Notes: a model not told the origin generated them from the sequence alone. A stretch of 64,000 nt of DNA from an uncultured delta proteobacterium (GCA_963789395.1 CAWBKP010000013.1:1-64000), one strand, 5' to 3'. Positions 22,307-33,466 are shown, counted from the first letter of the stretch. A program made the numbers and translations.

Positions 22307-22781
22307 GGGTCAACGCCCCCTCATCATCAAAGAACGGAATCAGGTAATGTTTCATGGCGATGTGCGGCGCCTGCCCGATTGCCTCAGACTTCAAGATGTA
22401 AAGGGAGATCGTCTGTGTCTCGGTATCTGAAACGTATTCGGTGTACTGGACCACGGATCCCTTCGGGATATCCTTTTCCTGAATCAGCATAACAACCGGG
22501 GTTTCAAAATCCCCGGCCTGCTCCCCGTCGCTCATTGCCTGAATGCCCTGGAAGTCAAATGGCAGGAAAACCCCCCGCGTGTTGATCGGGTCCGCGTACT
22601 CGATTGCCCGCTCATCATCTTCGATGGACCCCACAACGTCCTCGGTTTCAACAACGGTTTCAGGGTTTCCCAATATGGCCTTGAAAAGAACAAGGTCAAT
22701 GGCCTCGGGATCGTCTTTAAACATGGTTTCCATGTCTGCCGCGATCACGTTGTTACATCCACGGTAATCTCGTATTGCCAT
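22299..22781 (-). CDS. Head completion protein (P1 gp7-like)
   Basis: DPEAIDLVLFK, IEYADP, IPKGSVVQY and YLIPF. Confidence 0.6.
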   Translation of the reverse strand: MAIRDYRGCNNVIAADMETMFKDDPEAIDLVLFKAILGNPETVVETEDVVGSIEDDERAIEYADPINTRGVFLPFDFQGIQAMSDGEQAGDFETPVVMLIQEKDIPKGSVVQYTEYVSDTETQTISLYILKSEAIGQAPHIAMKHYLIPFFDDEGALTHE

Positions 22782-23968
22782 CAGATATTCACCTGTTTTG
22801 CGAGTTCCTTAGCGTCTGAAACCGGTATTTTCCGCTCTTTTGCAAACTTTTCGATGGAGGATTTAAGGGACATCTTATCCCGGTAAACCGATAGCGCCAT
22901 GGACGCCGACATATCCGCGATGAGCTTATCCCGTTCAAGCTGGTTGACTTTCGATGATAGTTTTTTGGATTCTCCCCGGTATGTGTCCCGTTGGAGCTTC
23001 AAGGTATTAAGCGCTGCCTTTGTTGCCTTTTCGCTCATCTTTTTGCTGAACCCCTTTGCTGCCGCTTTGTATCGTCGATACTCTTTTTGCATCTCCGCAA
23101 CAGACGAACCGGTCCCGGCCAGCTCTGTTGTGGAAAGATCGTTTTCGGAAAGAAACTTCTCACGCGGGGCATCCCCTTTAAAAATCTTCGTGAAGAAGCC
23201 TTTTTTCTTTGCCTGTTCCTCCATCTCTTTGGCGATCCGGGAATGGATTGGCGTCATCCTGAGCGTTGCAAGGACTTTAATCACATGCTTGCAACAGCAC
23301 CCTTTAAGGCCGGGGTTTCTGATTTTCGGGAAAACGTGTTCCTCTGGATCCAGCCCAAACCCGCCGATGGTCGCAAGATACCGATACCAAAACCGGTGAC
23401 GCCCGCAATCGCAGTTAAAGGATACCCGGCCAGTTGCCGCCGCTTTTGCGGATTGCTGGTAGCTGCCGGCGTCAATCCCCCTAAGCTGTTGGTCCCATTC
23501 TTCAAGCCGGACTTTAACCTGATGGTGGGTGAATTCGCTCATGTCACTGGCTGTAACCCGGAAATGCAGCATGTTCCCGTGGAATTTATAAAGTGCTGCG
23601 GTCCGGATTTGTGTCTGAGCCCGGATGATGTCTTTTTTATCCGATGCTCCAAGGAGCTGATGAATCGGTACGCCGCGCGTTTGGGTCTCAAACTTTGTTT
23701 CGGCTTTTTTGGCGGCCCTGGCCATCCGGTTCAGATCGGCAAGGGTGTATGTGACCGTGTGCCCCTTTTTGCCGAAATCAAGAACGAGGTTCTTCTTTCC
23801 CTTTTGGGTGATCTTTTCCCGGTTCCGGAGCAGATCGCGGGTCAAGAAGGCGTTTCGCTGGTCATCGTCTCTCTTTGTGACCTGCTTTTGAAGCACCTTG
23901 CCGAAAAGGGATTCGAATTTCTTGTAAGCGCTGGTTTTGCTGTTGAACAGGTTGGTGAAAAGACCCAT
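22781..23968 (-). CDS. P1 gp25-like protein with SWIM-type zinc motif
   Basis: HQVKVRLEEW..GRVSFNCDCGRHRFWYRYLATIGGF..FPKIRNPGLKGCCCKHVIK. Confidence 0.8.
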   Translation of the reverse strand: MGLFTNLFNSKTSAYKKFESLFGKVLQKQVTKRDDDQRNAFLTRDLLRNREKITQKGKKNLVLDFGKKGHTVTYTLADLNRMARAAKKAETKFETQTRGVPIHQLLGASDKKDIIRAQTQIRTAALYKFHGNMLHFRVTASDMSEFTHHQVKVRLEEWDQQLRGIDAGSYQQSAKAAATGRVSFNCDCGRHRFWYRYLATIGGFGLDPEEHVFPKIRNPGLKGCCCKHVIKVLATLRMTPIHSRIAKEMEEQAKKKGFFTKIFKGDAPREKFLSENDLSTTELAGTGSSVAEMQKEYRRYKAAAKGFSKKMSEKATKAALNTLKLQRDTYRGESKKLSSKVNQLERDKLIADMSASMALSVYRDKMSLKSSIEKFAKERKIPVSDAKELAKQVNI

Positions 23969-24119
23969 GGTGTGCCTTTTTTGCTTGACGTTTGGCTGAT
24001 AAATAGGCAGGGTCAGAGGCTAAAGGCAATGCCGCTTGAAGCAGATATGGCTATTTGGACGAGGGAGAAAATAATAATTGGGATAGTTGTCTGTTTTTAT
24101 TCAACGCCCCAACATGGGA

Positions 24120-24341
24120 GCGAAGCGAATTGAGCAGGGCAATTATGGGGATTGCCAACCGGTAGGGGAAGGCATCAGCGAATTAAGATTGTTCTTCGGT
24201 TCCGGCTACAGGGTATATTTTGGAGAGGATGAAGACAACATAGTCGTTTTGCTCTGCGGCGGGGATAAAGGAAGTCAGCAGAAAGATATTAAACAGGCCA
24301 AAATCTATTGGCAGGAGTACCTGAACAATGAGCACATATAG
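24120..24341 (+). pseudogene. RelE/ParE-superfamily addiction-module killer toxin, N-terminal half missing
   Basis: RIEQGNYGDCQPVGEGISELRLFFGSGYRVYF..VVLLCGGDKGSQQKDIKQAKIYW. Confidence 0.8.
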
Positions 24342-24525
24342 AAAATTTTCGGAAGTGGAAGCGGACTATTTCCGAGATCATCCAGAGGAAATTGACAGCT
24401 ATATTTCCCTGATTTTCGAGGAATACGCCAAAGACGGGGACACGGGCGCTTTGCTGTCTTCGCTTCGCGTCCTGAGCAGCAACAACTGGTCTTTAACAGC
24501 ACAAAATTTATTTTCGTACTGTTAA
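24328..24525 (+). pseudogene. Addiction-module antidote protein, truncated before its HTH
   Basis: YFRDHPEEIDSYISLIFEEYAKDGDTGALLSSLRV, then the sequence diverges; overlaps the toxin stop. Confidence 0.65.
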
Positions 24526-24619
24526 AGACCAGTCAAGGCTTCGCATGGGATAGTGTGCTTTTTTAACCGAAATCCAATCCTAAACTCAACTATTTTAATA
24601 ATCAGAACATTAAGCCAAT

Positions 24620-27511
24620 TTACTTTTTGCCTACAAGAGATCGAGCTGCAGATTTAATCAATTCATCTCCTGCTTCCTGAGAAATTAGGCCGCCTGACAC
24701 GAGTTCATCAACTTCCCTTGAGACACAGCTCACAAAGCTTCCATGATCTATCCATATTGCAGCTGGATTACAACTATAAATGCCATCGCAATTCTCATCA
24801 ATGTTATTTCCCGGCAATTCAACTGCCCCAGGATAAACATTGGCGTTACTATCATTGCAATCACCAGATTCAACAGAGAATCCATCCCCATCATTGTCTA
24901 AACTACTCAGAAAAACAGTTAGAGGCATTTTTCAAGCGCTTCCTGTGTAAAAGTAATAAAAGCTTCCAAGCTTTTATAATTATTTGTGCGGGAAATAATT
25001 TGTTCGCATAATTTTCTTAACAAATCTATTTTATTAATTACATCAGGAGTAAAATTGCCTGAGTTAAAAACTCCTTCTATCTCTGCTTTCTGCATCGATA
25101 AAGAATTAAGTTCTTGATTGGTTGGTTCTTCATAATTTTCGCCCAACAGGCTGGTTTTATAATTAACTAACTTTTTTAGCTCAGAATCCGCTATCAAATC
25201 ATTAAGGTGCCAGGAAACAAGAGCAAGATAAGGGCCTATGTTTTTAGATTTAAACCAAATACTATCCAATGAAATTATGAATTCTTTTATCTTTGAAATT
25301 TCATCTGCAGTTATCTCCGTCTCTTGGGCAAGAACGTTTCCAAGCATTTCTTGGACATCACTATTAATAATTCGGTTTTTTGCATCAAGAATTTCTTTGT
25401 CTGTAGCGTCAGGCAGTAAAGATGAAATTTTAAAATATAACGGTAAGAGAGCTAATGATTTTTCTGCTATTTGTTTAGAATAATTGAATGCCGCATTATA
25501 TTGAGTAACCATCCACTGGGTGTTCCCATCTTTCATAGCCCCAACGTAACGATCTATTGATTTAGCATGAGCACGCTGCAATGAAAGTATTTCCAATTCT
25601 TTAGCCAAGAAATAAATAATCGGTGAGTCCGGGGGTATTCCAGTGAACTCTGGAAAAGGCATTGTCTCAGGTAAAGCTATTTCCGTGTAGTTTTTATCTG
25701 GTGGATCGTAAGCGACTTTAAAGACCACATAAGATTGATATAATGCAGCAGCAAAGAAAGCATCTCGGACAATATCAAAAAGCATAAAGTCACTGATCTC
25801 AGTTCCAAATTTAAAATAATAAAATAACTTGGCAAAATTTTCTGGTTCGCCAGCTATCCAGTAAAAATTCAAGAGCTTCTAACATACTGCAATAACTGCT
25901 TTCTAAAGCATATATTTTCTACTTTATGGATTGATAACCTGATCTCCGTATACGGTACTAACAAAGAGTTTGGATATTTATCATTGCCCACCATCTTGAT
26001 TTCCCCCCTACATCGTGTAATCCATAATCAACTGAAATTATTTGTGCTTGCTCTGGTATCTGGGCGAGCTCTGCAATTATGCTATTTAATAAATCATGAT
26101 ATGCTATCCATAAAGAAGGGTTCGAAATCAGTAATTCTTTCATCTTTCTTTATCGCTTCTTCGGCATATTTTACTTTAAACATATTAAACCAATTGGCTT
26201 CGCTTAACCAATGCCATTTATGCATGAAAGCATCATTTATGGGCAAACTGATCGTTAAGGGTTTCATTTCTCCAACTGCAAAATTGTATGTAACATGCTT
26301 AAGAGTATCTATATCTTGAGGAAAAGGGTCCCATGTGATAGTTTCACTTATGGGATAGCGTACCTCCTCCAATCTTAGATCAACAACGATAGGAACCCGT
26401 GCAATATTAGTCACCTCATAGGCTAATTTGTAAGGCCAGCCAAATTCTAATATATGAGATACAACACCCAATGCTTTTATTTCAGGAGCAGGAGTAGTAA
26501 CTCCTATGAACTTATAAGTTGAATCGCTATATTTACCGTCACAAGCTGTTAGTGCCACTTTATATGCGCTATCTTTTTCGAATTGATCAAGAAAAGCTTT
26601 CTTCTGTGGACGTTTTCAATATTGTACCATTACTAATATCTTCAATCGTCCAGGTATAAGCCAAAAGCTCATTATCTGGATCTTGGGATGTTGACACAAA
26701 AGTTACAAGCTCACCGGCTTGAGGTTCAGTTGGACCATAATTAAAGCTTGCAATCGGAGGATTATCGTTATTTGGAGGATTTTCATTAAAAGTAATTTTA
26801 ACTTCTTCAATTACAAGCTCCGCATATGCATTAGTTTGACCTGGTCCACCATGATAGCCCATTGCAAACAAATAACTCTGATAAAGGGTAATAGGCTGAT
26901 CTTCTGATATATTTTTTGTTGTAAATGAAACAGTTTTAGAATCCTGTTTTTGACATTGAGCAACAGCTGCATTAATCCTGCATCTTTCATCTACAATGCC
27001 GGCGTATGTACCTGTCGTCGTATCCCTAAGAAAACTTGCCTGTATTGCAACATCAGCAGCTGCTTCTCTTGAATCTGTATCAAACTTAATGACCTTATAT
27101 TTTATTGTAATAGTCGGATTCATAGGCAAAGGAGGAAATTCCCAATTATAATCCTTGCTCTTAAATCTGACAGTTAAACTTGAACTCACAGTTCCATAAC
27201 CACCTTCGCCATAATTTCCTGTGATACAATCTATCTGACAGTATGTTTTAGGCCGTAGGTACATAATTAAAATCAAATACCGTGGGACACTCATAATTAC
27301 TATTATAATTATGAGTGACTACACTGATGTTACTGACTGTCTTTATAATTGTGTCTTGGCCAAAGAATACGTCAATTATAGGGTTCTCGTAATGTTCATT
27401 AAAACCGCAATCGGTAGCTTCAGAATTAAACGATAGAAGTATATTTGCTATTAATCCAATTAAAAATACCAATAAATATCTGGATCTGTTAAATTTAACC
27501 CCAAAAACCAT
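24620..27511 (-). CDS. Large secreted/surface protein (signal peptide, PKD domain, helical region, MopE-like metal-binding motif); six or more frameshifted pieces
   Basis: MVFGVKFNRSRYLLVFLIGLIANILLSFNSEA; NPPIASFNYGPTEPQAGELVTFVSTSQDPD..YTWT; DNDGDGF..GDCNDSNANVYPGAVELPGNNIDENCDG; visibly AT-rich. Confidence 0.6.
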
Positions 27512-27584
27512 TACCCCCTCCTTTCGTAAAATAAGACAACATTTGATCTCAATGTAAAATATAAGATGCTCTCCCGAAACCCTT

Positions 27585-27830
27585 TTCAGCATTTTCCTTT
27601 ATAGTGGGAAGTCTCCAATCGCTATACCCACCATAATTGTGCATCGGTCAATGCTTGAAGAAAATCATAAGTATCCATGACGTTGTCTGGTATCGCCGGA
27701 TTGCCATCATACCAGGTTAGATATTGTCGGCATAGTGAGGTGCCATTGTAAATTGTCAAATGCCGTCTTTGTTCGTGTTTACCATATAGATAATGCGCGC
27801 TACATTATCCACATACCATCTTCGATTTAA
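27585..27830 (-). pseudogene. DUF1566 (Lcl C-terminal domain) gene remnant
   Basis: TWYDGNP..DTYDFLQAL and NYGGYSDWRLPTIKE in shifted frames. Confidence 0.6.
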
Positions 27831-27844
27831 TTTCCAGGAACTCT

Positions 27845-28165
27845 GGCTTCAGCCCCCAGGACAAGCAGAAGATTTTTGAAAAAAATGACATTCCTGGGCC
27901 TCTAATAGCCAAATAGAGTCTATGAAAGAAGCAGCCAAAATCACGAAATTACAATGGGGCGGCATTTTAAACTGGTTCACATTCAGGATCAACAATGGCA
28001 TCCTGGAAGGAATCAACAGTTTGGTCCAGGCCGCAAAAGCCAGAGCCAGTGGGTATCGTACAAACGAATACCTGATCACCATGATTTATCTTATCACCGG
28101 CAAACTACGCTTCAACTTGCCCTTATGAGTTTTTGGAGTTACCCACTAGTAGACAGCGAGGAGCC
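27845..28165 (+). mobile_element. ISL3-family remnant (3' end of transposase plus right end)
   Basis: WGGILNWF..INNGILEGINSLVQAAKARASGYRT..MIYLITGKL; terminal ..ACAGCGAGGAGCC. Confidence 0.75.
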
Positions 28166-29076
28166 TGTTTACAGATCGGTTATCATAACGGGATCCAGTT
28201 TTTTCCCCTGGATGTGGCTTTCTACACGTCCCAAAAACGCCCGAACACCAATCTGCGCAAGATTGATAAGCGGACCTGCGGCTGGAAAAGGCGACAGGAA
28301 GCCTTTAAAAAAGAAAACCGATATGCTGACCCAGGATGGCCAAAATGACTACAATTCGGGAATCGATGCAGCTTGTGTTCTATTTGATTCATGGTTTTCA
28401 TATGATTCGATCATCAATAAGGTCGTTACCACAGGCTATAACGTTGTTTGCCGATTGAAAAATGGAAACATCAAATACCAATACCAGGGAAAGGATTACA
28501 CCCTGAAGGAGCTCTGGAAGCAGATTGCAATAAAGCAACAGCGCTTGATAGCCGGCTATCCGATCAAAGGCTGCTGTCTGATTGTCACCCTGCCCGAAAC
28601 TGGAGAGGTGAACATTGTTGTTCACATCGGATGGCCATAAAAAATGGCATGGGTTTCTTGCCACAGATCTGAGTCTGGATGCCTCGCAGATCGTGGGCTA
28701 CTACTCCAGGCGCTGGGCCGTAGAGGTTTTCTTTAAAGATGCCAAACAAATGCTTTATCTGGGCAAAGAACAGAGCAAAACATTTGATGCTGCAGTTGCC
28801 GGCTATAGCGTGATGATGATCCGCTACCTTCTCTTGAATTACCTCATGAACAACAGTCGAATAATCGGCCCTCTGGGTCCACTGTTCCGGGATGTGTCGG
28901 ATACCGAACTGATGCTACAGGTTGCCAACCAGCTCTGGGAGCAGATCAAACACACAATGTTCAAGTCAATAGACCTTTTTTTGAATAGAACCGAGTACAA
29001 GTACGTTATCAAACTCATTGATATTATTGAGGACGCCTTGTTCAGTTTCAAAGAACCATTAACTGCGAAAGTTTAG
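28166..29076 (+). mobile_element. IS4/IS701-like DDE transposase remnant (5' part lost, frameshifted)
   Basis: VLFDSWF and YSRRWAVEVFFKDAKQMLYLG; ends CTGCGAAAGTTTAG. Confidence 0.75.
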
Positions 29077-29084
29077 TTTCGATC

Positions 29085-29710
29085 TAAACCCTCCACCTCT
29101 GGTGGAGGACCCGGATAGGTTCTACCGATCCGGGGTGAAATAATATAGGTTCTTCCTCCGGGAAAGCTCCAATGGGAAAGATGGAGGAAGAACCTATGCA
29201 TGATTGGGAAAGTTTATCGCATGTGAGATGGGATTGCAAATACCATATGGTAATTATTCCGAAGTACCGAAAGAGGAAATTGTACGGGAAGTTTCGGAGA
29301 AGAGTAGGGGAGATATTCCGGCATTTATGCCGGCAGCGTGGAATCGAACTGATGGAAGGGCATTTGATGCCGGACCATGTCCACATGTGCTTGAAGATTC
29401 CGCCTAAGTACAGTGTTGCCTTTGCGATAGGATTTTTAAAAGGGAAGAGTGCCGTGAGAATCCATCGAGAGATTTTGGAAAACAAGAGGGTAACGGGGCT
29501 GCACTTTTGGGCAAGAGGGTATTGCGTAAGCACAGTCGGCTTGGATGAAGAAACCATAAAGAAATATATCCGCGAACAAGAAGACAATGAAAAGAAGCAA
29601 TTGGAATTGGATTTAGAATAAATAACATATAGCCCCAGCGGGGCTTTCCCTATGTCAATGCCCCCCTATGGGGGGCTCCTGAGGCCACCCGCTCTGCGGG
29701 TGGAGACTCA
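29085..29710 (+). mobile_element. tnpA: IS200/IS605-family element, tnpA only (CDS 29196-29621)
   Basis: SHVRWDCKYHMVIIPKYR, HUH motif DHVHM, FWARGYCVSTVG..YIREQE; subterminal hairpins CCTCCACC-TCT-GGTGGAGG and CCACCCGC-TCT-GCGGGTGG. Confidence 0.92.
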
Positions 29711-29816
29711 CTAAATTATATGGGATTACAACGTAATTAAAATATTTTTATTGAATGTTGAATCTGTATGATATTTCAGAGTCATTTGTCAATTTTTTTT
29801 TACTGGAATAAAAAAA

Positions 29817-30822
29817 CTGGGGTATCCACTTGACTGGCGTTGCCACAACATGTAGTGTTTGTGGCTATGGACGATTACCCCCGTAAGCTTTCAGATCTCG
29901 AACACCGCTTTGCCACCGAGGAGGCATGTCGCAAGTATCTTGCTGATCTCCGTTGGCCTTCTGGTTTTAGTTGCCCCCGTTGCGGCGGCACCAAGGCTTG
30001 GCCCATGGTAACGGTCTGGTGCGTTGCCGTTCATGCGAGTACAAGCTGTCGTTGACAGCCGGTACGATCTTCGAAGGAACTCGTAAACCGTTGTTGATGT
30101 GGTTTCGTGCCATTTGGTGGGTCGTTGGCCAAAAGAACGGGGCAAGCGCAAAGGGTATCCAGAGGATGCTGGAACTGGGCAGCTACCAGACGGCATGGGC
30201 GTGGCTTCATAAAATACGACGGGCGATGGTTCGACCTGGTCGTGACCGGCTTAGTGGAGTCGTTGAGATGGACGAAACCTACGTGGGCGGTGAGAAACCT
30301 GGCAAACGAGGCCGTGGGGCACTCGGAAAGGCCCTTGTGGCTGTTGCGGTCGAAGACAAAGGCAACGATGGGATCGGTAGAATCCGGTTGACTGTGGTCC
30401 CAAACGCCTCTCAGGAGAGCCTCACCGCCTTCCAAAAGGGACGGTGGAACCGGGTAGCTACGATACGGACCGACGACTGGTCTGGATATGGCGCGCTTCC
30501 GGAAGAGGGATACCTGCACACGGTAGTTCCCTCCCATGATTTGAAGATTGCACACTTGGTCATCTCCTTGATGAAACGTTGGCTCGCTGGCACACTTCAA
30601 GGAGCTGTAAGTCACCAGCATCTGGACTACTACCTCGACGAATTTACGTTTCGCTTCAACCGTCGCAGCGCAAAGCATCGAGGGTTGCTGTTCTTCCGAC
30701 TCCTCCAAAATGCCATGGTGATCGAGCCAACAACCTACAGGCAGATGGTTAAGTACGTACGAGGACGAAAAATATCAAGCCACAACGATGTAGTGTGTGC
30801 GCCAGCGAAATGGATACCCCAG
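29817..30822 (+). mobile_element. IS1595-family element (transposase with N-terminal zinc ribbon; frameshifted)
   Basis: IRs CTGGGGTATCCACTTGACTGGCG and CGCCAGCGAAATGGATACCCCAG; VEMDETYVGG, TDDWSGY and YLDEFTFRFNRR. Confidence 0.9.
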
Positions 30823-30884
30823 ATAATAAAATATCCGACCTGGAAACTTTGAGCTAAATGATAAACGACCGAAGGAAATCCCCA

Positions 30885-31193
30885 TTACCCATGATAATAT
30901 AGAATCCGCTCCCTGATCCACGCCGCTTCCGGGAGCTTTATCATCGAGCCCTCTTCCAGCTCTCCCCGCATGTCATCTAAGCCGGCAGCAATCATGATGA
31001 CCCACTTCATATCATTGGATCCATAGACCCGGTACCCGGCCAATTCCGGCCGCAGGCGTTCATCAGGCTTTATTTCATATTCCAGCCAGCCGTTATTTTC
31101 TATCTGCCCTTTCCGGATCTCCCGGTAAAGTTCGTTACGGATCAGCGGGTCCGTGATATTGTATGGTGACAATCTTGATATTTCGGTTGCCAT
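30885..31193 (-). CDS. Baseplate LysM-like protein (P1 gp26-like)
   Basis: SRLSPYNITDPLIRNELY..IKPDERLRPELAGYRVYG..KLPEAAWIRERI. Confidence 0.8.
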   Translation of the reverse strand: MATEISRLSPYNITDPLIRNELYREIRKGQIENNGWLEYEIKPDERLRPELAGYRVYGSNDMKWVIMIAAGLDDMRGELEEGSMIKLPEAAWIRERILYYHG

Positions 31194-31858
31194 AATCTAA
31201 TTCCTTCATTTTCGGTTCTTATCGTATTCATCCCACCACGCCTGCCGCGCACGGTCATACTCGATTGTAATCGCCTTAAATTGCCTGAGAGGGTCAAGGG
31301 CCGTTTCTCCTCGATATCCGGCCCGAACAACGCCTCAAGGTATCGCCTGCTTACTGGCTCAGTCATGGCAGCGACAACACAGAGCAAAATCGCCCGGTAT
31401 CCAGCATGAAAGGAATTCCAATCCACATGATAGATGGTCCGGCCCTTGTCGTCTGTCTTCTTTTCGACCTTTTGACCTTCACCACCTGTATAGATTTTGT
31501 ATTGGTCGCAGCTTTTATGGAAAAGCAGGTTCCCGGTGGATTGAAGCGCAAAATACCAGTCCATTGCATCACAGAAGTTTGTCCGGCCCTCCCACAGATC
31601 ATCCAGAAGATACTTGGTAGCGTATTTTGCAATGATGTCCGTCTTTTCTTCGATAAGGACCGCAAACCCCTTCTCGGCCCGGTCCTTGACTTCCGCAATC
31701 AAGTTGGACTTCCACAGCACATCCGTCCAGGGAATTGCTTCGACCTGTGTGACGATCAGGTTCTCACCATCAAAGACGGCATACGCCTTGTACTTCTGGC
31801 CAACAACCAGTGACGCGGCCATGATCCTGAGAGCGGTGGGGGTAAGTTCGTCTGTCAT
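31142..31858 (-). CDS. Phage protein downstream of the terminase gene (C-terminus probably frameshifted)
   Basis: 238-aa ORF overlapping the pacB stop (ATGA). Confidence 0.55.
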   Translation of the reverse strand: MTDELTPTALRIMAASLVVGQKYKAYAVFDGENLIVTQVEAIPWTDVLWKSNLIAEVKDRAEKGFAVLIEEKTDIIAKYATKYLLDDLWEGRTNFCDAMDWYFALQSTGNLLFHKSCDQYKIYTGGEGQKVEKKTDDKGRTIYHVDWNSFHAGYRAILLCVVAAMTEPVSRRYLEALFGPDIEEKRPLTLSGNLRRLQSSMTVRGRRGGMNTIRTENEGIRLWQPKYQDCHHTISRTR

Positions 31859-33324
31859 GCTGCTTCCCCTTCAATCATCTTTCTGGCCCATTCAAGCATT
31901 TCATCCTTCTGCTGGCTTTGTTCATCGGATTCGATATCAGCCGGCACATAGTCAACAAGGTAAAAGAAACAGTGGGTGTCAAAGATATCCGGGCTCTTGA
32001 TCCCTTGAGACTTCATCTGTTCTTTCGGCATAATCACATACCGGCCCGCTTCATCAATCTTGTACGGGATCCGGGAAGCCTGCTCCACGACCTTTGTACC
32101 CGGCGCGGTCTTGAACCGGTCGTCAAAGATCGCCTCCCTTGCCTTTACAGATGCAAACGCCCGCTGGTTTTTATACCGTTTCCGGTCTGCCTCAGCATGT
32201 GGAGGAAGCCCCCAGTGGATTCTTTCAACTGTGACGCCCAGTTCTTCAAGGATCAGAATAACCGTCCGGCCCGGACCGTCCGCATCAACCGCGACCGTGA
32301 TCTTCGGGTATTTCACGATCTCCGCGTACATCTCCCGGGCAAAGGCCAACTCATCCGCGCCGAGGTACTCTTTCATCTCTACGACTTCGACAATGCGCTC
32401 AGGACCAAACCCGGATACCTTTGCAAGCGTCCAGACAGATGAATCCCGGTGAACGCCTTCTGCAACATCTGCGGTCATCACCCACCCCCACGGCTGCTCA
32501 TGGGTGACTTGGACAGCCTGAGCCTGCTGACACCAGCTTTTGGGGATCAGGAAACCGGACAGGTTATCCGGCAGCCGGCCCAAAACCTTGATCTGATACT
32601 CAGGGGAATGGTGCCCGCCGTACTCTATCAGCTTGGTCCGGATGAACTTCTTGCTGACAATCGGACTGTCTTCCGCGTTCAGGTTAAAGGTCTTGTAAAG
32701 CTCCTTTAACGATGAGAACGCTTCTGCAAAATGCCCTACCTGCCGCGTCGCCTGAGAGAACATGGCAAAGCGGTTTTCCTCAAAAGTCAGCGCCCCGCGT
32801 AAAACCCCTATGATCTCATCCACAACGCCCGATGCTTCATCCACAATGCAGATGTAATATTTCCGGTGCTGACCAGCGACGTTTTCCGGCGCCGCCTTTG
32901 AAGCCGTTTTGGGGATCGCATACCATGAATCCTTATGCCCCTTGACGTAATACCGCTTTGTTTCCTTGATAAACCATTGAGCCATCCACGGATAACGCCT
33001 ATTGACGTCTGCAATGACGGTATCCAGCTCCTTCCAGACGACGGAGCGGATCTGCTCGATATTGGTTGCCGTTATGATCGCGTTTGAATCATCGTAAGCC
33101 CGCAGGTGCCAGTCAAGTATCCAGGCTATCCCGTGGCTCTTTCCGGTCCCATGGCCCGAAGCTACAGCGACCTGACTACCCGGCTCCTGAATTGCCTGAA
33201 AAAGTTCATACTGCTGCCATGTTATCGGATACCGGCTCAGCTCAGACACATACCGGACAAGATTACCCCGGTATCTTTTGCAAAAGTCATGATATCGTTT
33301 GTCGGTCAGAAGATCGTGCTTCAA
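31855..33324 (-). CDS. pacB: Terminase large subunit PacB-like
   Basis: VASGHGTGKS Walker A, IVDEASGV Walker B, ADVAEGVHRDSSV and GIKSPDIFD nuclease motifs. Confidence 0.92.
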   Translation of the reverse strand: MKHDLLTDKRYHDFCKRYRGNLVRYVSELSRYPITWQQYELFQAIQEPGSQVAVASGHGTGKSHGIAWILDWHLRAYDDSNAIITATNIEQIRSVVWKELDTVIADVNRRYPWMAQWFIKETKRYYVKGHKDSWYAIPKTASKAAPENVAGQHRKYYICIVDEASGVVDEIIGVLRGALTFEENRFAMFSQATRQVGHFAEAFSSLKELYKTFNLNAEDSPIVSKKFIRTKLIEYGGHHSPEYQIKVLGRLPDNLSGFLIPKSWCQQAQAVQVTHEQPWGWVMTADVAEGVHRDSSVWTLAKVSGFGPERIVEVVEMKEYLGADELAFAREMYAEIVKYPKITVAVDADGPGRTVILILEELGVTVERIHWGLPPHAEADRKRYKNQRAFASVKAREAIFDDRFKTAPGTKVVEQASRIPYKIDEAGRYVIMPKEQMKSQGIKSPDIFDTHCFFYLVDYVPADIESDEQSQQKDEMLEWARKMIEGEAA

Positions 33325-33466
33325 TGTTTGTCAAGGAATCCTTAAAAGTTGAAACCCGGCATCGGACCACCAGTCCGGGTAAACGCTGGCGAAAGGGGGA
33401 AACTTGCAAAAAACCCTGGTCCTGAACCCGTTGTCACACCACGGTGTACTTGGCAGTTCGGTTATC

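Noticed and set aside
1445..23968. Tailocin/eCIS/T6SS interpretation of the sheath, tube, spike, PAAR and VgrG3-like domain
   Set aside because: Capsid, head-completion and terminase genes are in the same cluster, so it is a phage
22991..24133. Long plus-strand ORFs opposite late genes (also 10148-11044, 59093-60019, 60221-61072)
   Set aside because: Antisense shadows of well-supported genes, with no recognisable motifs
27585..27830. Diversity-generating retroelement
   Set aside because: Only a DUF1566 fragment; no reverse transcriptase or adenine-variable repeat pair seen in the window
29085..29710. IS605/TnpB RNA-guided element
   Set aside because: Right-end hairpins follow tnpA directly; there is no tnpB
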